A stretch of 64,000 nt of DNA from an uncultured Acidobacteriota bacterium (lineage in GTDB: Bacteria > Acidobacteriota > Thermoanaerobaculia > Multivoradales > SZUA-115). Each line of letters starts with the position of its first letter. Position 1 is the stretch's first letter. The notes beneath the pieces were generated by a model. That model was not told the DNA's origin. It saw nothing but the letters and a program-made list of their open reading frames with translations, and did not search any database. The position numbers were made by a program, and so were the translations under genes. Positions 61,491 through 64,000 of this stretch are shown here, piece after piece. The stretch lies in NCBI GenBank assembly GCA_963805975.1, contig CAWDVR010000002.1, positions 416,001 through 480,000 on the forward strand, given 5' to 3'.

Positions 61491-62384
61491 TCAGCCGCGT
61501 TCTGCCGCGCGCAGCAGCTTCTCCTTCAGCCCCCCGAACCCCAGCCGCTCGCAGAGCGCCTCGATCCGCGCCGGGTCCGGCCCGCGCCAGACGAGGTCGC
61601 CGGGCTCGGCCGAGAGCGGCACGTCGCAGACCACGGTCGCGAGCTGGCGCGAGAGGAAGGCAATCTCGCGCGCCGCCTCGAGCTTGGCGGCCAGCGAGCG
61701 CGCGCCGCGGATGGGCAGCGCGGCCACCTCGCCCAGGCGCTGGTAGAGGTCCGCCAGGCTGTCGAAGTGGGCAAGGAGCGCCGCCGCCGTCTTGAGGCCC
61801 ACGCCCGGCACGCCGGGAATGTTGTCCACTGCGTCGCCGGCGAGGCCGAGGAGGTCCGCGACCTTGGCCGGCGGCACGCCGAGCTTGGCCTCCACCTCCG
61901 CCGGCCCGAGCCGGGCACCGGCCGCGAAATCCAGCAGGCTCACCCGCTCGCTGACGAGCTGCGCGAGATCCTTGTCCGAGGTCACCACCACCGCGCTCCG
62001 GCCGTCGTCCGTGGCCCGCCGGGCGAGCGTGCCGATCAGGTCGTCCGCCTCGTACCGCTCGTCGATCAGGCTGGCGGCGCCGAAGGCCTCGGCCAGCTCG
62101 TAGCAAGCGTCGAGCTGCGCCTCGAGCGCGGCCGGCGGCAGATCGCGCTGCGCCTTGTAGGCCGGATAGAGCTCGTTGCGAAAGCTGGTCGTCAAGCTGC
62201 CATCGAAGGCGATCCCCAAATGGGTCGGCCTCTCGGTCTCGGCCAGGCGCAGCAGAAAGCTGGCGAAGCCGTAGGCGGCCGCCACCGGCTCGCCCGTCGG
62301 GCCCACCAGGGTCGCCGGCAGCGAGAAGTACGCGCGAAAGATGTAGGGGCTGGCGTCGACGAGCCACACGGTCGAGGGCGGCAT
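61491..62384 (-). CDS. Stand-alone 5'-3' exonuclease / flap endonuclease (PolA N-terminal-like)
   Basis: LVDASPYIFRAY, FRNELYPAYKAQR, YEADDLIGTL, SDKDLAQL, GDAVDNIPGVPGVGLKTA. Confidence 0.93.
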   Translation of the reverse strand: MPPSTVWLVDASPYIFRAYFSLPATLVGPTGEPVAAAYGFASFLLRLAETERPTHLGIAFDGSLTTSFRNELYPAYKAQRDLPPAALEAQLDACYELAEAFGAASLIDERYEADDLIGTLARRATDDGRSAVVVTSDKDLAQLVSERVSLLDFAAGARLGPAEVEAKLGVPPAKVADLLGLAGDAVDNIPGVPGVGLKTAAALLAHFDSLADLYQRLGEVAALPIRGARSLAAKLEAAREIAFLSRQLATVVCDVPLSAEPGDLVWRGPDPARIEALCERLGFGGLKEKLLRAAERG

Positions 62385-62522
62385 AGGCGCCGATCCTAAC
62401 CTTCGGTGCATCAGGTACCAACCGGCGCATCCGCTATCATGCGAGGGCGAATGTGCCCGCGGCGAGGAATACTCGCGGGGAGGCCCGCCGTTTCGCCTTT
62501 CAAGTACCCTCGAGGTGACCTC

Positions 62523-64000
62523 ATGCGCCCAGCTTTGACCCGCTTGCCAGCCCTCTGCCGCGCCCTCGTCGCCGTCGCCGCGCTCGCCGGCCTGTCCGCG
62601 CCGCTCTCGGCCACCAGCTACATGATGATCACGGACACCGCGCTCACCGACCAGGCGGCGGCCATCGCCGAGGTCAAGGTACTGTCGAGCGAGGCGTCGC
62701 CGGATGGAGAGCGGGTGGCGACCGACTATCTGGTCGAGGTCGAGCGCGTGGTCAAGGGCTTCGTGGCGGGAAGCAGCCTGATCGTGCGCGTGATCGGCGG
62801 CGAGCGGCCGGACGGCACGTCGCTCCACGTCTGGGGTGCGCCGCGCTTCGCACCCGGGGAAAAAGCCCTCCTCTTTCTGCGGCCGAACGAGGACGGCTCC
62901 TTCGGCATCCTGCACCTGATGCTGGGCGCCTTCCATCGCTTCGAGCTCTCCGGCAAGGCCTACGCGCTGCGCGAGCTCGAGGAGGCGACGGAGATCCTGA
63001 ACCCGTTCACCGGCAAGGCCCTCTCCGACGAGCGGCTGCCGCGTGACTACGAGGCGTTCGTCGACTGGCTGGCGGCCTATGCCGAAGGCAGCAGGCGACC
63101 GGCCGACTACCTGGTGAGCGGCCCGCCCGAGAAGCTGCGCTCGATCGCCGACAAGTTCAGCCTGCTGCGCGACCGGACGGTGGACCGAAACCTCCGCTGG
63201 TTCGAGTTCGACAGCGGCGGCAGCGTCGAGTGGCGGGCCCACCAGAGCGGCCAGGCCGGCGTGCCGGGGGGTGGGTTCGGCGCCTTCCAGGCCGCGCTGG
63301 CGGCGTGGAACGTCGACCCTTCCACTCCGATCAACCTCGTCTACCGTGGCACGACCGCTGCGACCGGGGGCTTCGACGACAACGGCGACGGCCTCAACAC
63401 CATCCTGTTCAACGACCCGAACGCCGAGATCGAGGGCACCTTCGAGTGCGCCTCGGGTGGCGTGCTGGCGATCGGCGGGCCGCGCTACGACTGGGACGCG
63501 CGCGGCACCTTCAACGGCCGCGAGTACCTGCGTATCCTGGAAGCCGAGATCATCTCGAACGACGGCATCTCCTGCTACCTGATCGAGTCCGGCAACCCCG
63601 CCAGGACGGCGGAGGAGATCTTCGGCCACGAGCTCGGCCACACGCTCGGCCTCGGTCACTCCTGCGGCGACGGCTCGACCCCGGGCTGCGCCACTCGGCC
63701 CGAGCTCGACGACGCGCTGATGCGGGCCCGGGCCCACGGCGACGGTCGCGGGGCGCGCCTGGCCCAGGATGACCTCGCCGGGTCGCGCTCGCTCTACCGG
63801 CAGACCAGCGGCGGGGGCGGTGGTGGGGGCGGCGGGCCCGCCGCACCGGCCAACCTGGTCGCCGTGCTCGATGGGCTCGACGCCCAACTGAGCTGGCAGG
63901 ACAGCGCCGCGAATGAGCTCGGCTACCGCGTGTATCGCCGCACCGGCAACGGCGCCTTCACGCGCCTCGCGGAGCTGCCGGCAGGGACCGTGAGCTACCT
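62523..64000 (+). CDS. Secreted metzincin (matrixin-like) metalloprotease with a following FN3-like domain; truncated by the window end
   Basis: Hand translation: SD GAGG, signal peptide MRPALTRLPALCRALVAVAALAGLSAPLSA, HELGHTLGLGH, Met-turn ALM, Gly linker, APANL..LSWQD...ELGYRVYRR; absent from the ORF track because there is no stop in the window. Confidence 0.88.
   Translation, partial: MRPALTRLPALCRALVAVAALAGLSAPLSATSYMMITDTALTDQAAAIAEVKVLSSEASPDGERVATDYLVEVERVVKGFVAGSSLIVRVIGGERPDGTSLHVWGAPRFAPGEKALLFLRPNEDGSFGILHLMLGAFHRFELSGKAYALRELEEATEILNPFTGKALSDERLPRDYEAFVDWLAAYAEGSRRPADYLVSGPPEKLRSIADKFSLLRDRTVDRNLRWFEFDSGGSVEWRAHQSGQAGVPGGGFGAFQAALAAWNVDPSTPINLVYRGTTAATGGFDDNGDGLNTILFNDPNAEIEGTFECASGGVLAIGGPRYDWDARGTFNGREYLRILEAEIISNDGISCYLIESGNPARTAEEIFGHELGHTLGLGHSCGDGSTPGCATRPELDDALMRARAHGDGRGARLAQDDLAGSRSLYRQTSGGGGGGGGGPAAPANLVAVLDGLDAQLSWQDSAANELGYRVYRRTGNGAFTRLAELPAGTVSY

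Noticed and set aside
62385-63887. Apparent 500-aa N-terminal extension of the 5'-3' exonuclease
   Set aside because: It is the antisense of the + strand metalloprotease; the real start is ATG 62384 with its own -10 box.

Overview
High-GC bacterial chromosome segment. It is inferred to be Acidobacteriota, probably Thermoanaerobaculia-like, from a recurring 'YFxFF..NVE..KVLDAC..FW.FAAGLTN' domain fragment, the C-terminal 'FTDGFESGDLSAWS' tag and the repeat families. Most of it is housekeeping: rplM-rpsI-rpsB-tsf-pyrH-frr-rlmB, ubiE-folD-coaE, purB-rlpA, ddl-serA-serC-like, moaC, HU, rsmB-fmt-ftsK, rsmA, addAB, gluQ and mltA. Accessory genes are interspersed: a VapBC pair, an orphan DUF433 gene, a type II pantothenate kinase, a TMEM175 channel, large secreted repeat/hydrolase/metalloprotease genes, and cyclic-nucleotide signalling enzymes. 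Several conserved genes carry single-base indels that look like long-read sequencing errors. The most notable item is a stand-alone DUF4157 (eCIS-associated) protein with a C-terminal AID/APOBEC-like deaminase domain whose PC..C Zn motif is interrupted. Other points of interest are a paired arrestin/Spo0M-like membrane module, a hidden Cys-rich EF-hand ORF, a P-loop-less MobB-like protein, widespread leaderless promoter architecture and three REP-like palindrome families. No rRNA, tRNA, CRISPR array or transposase was recognised. All family assignments come from motif recognition by eye, not database searches.
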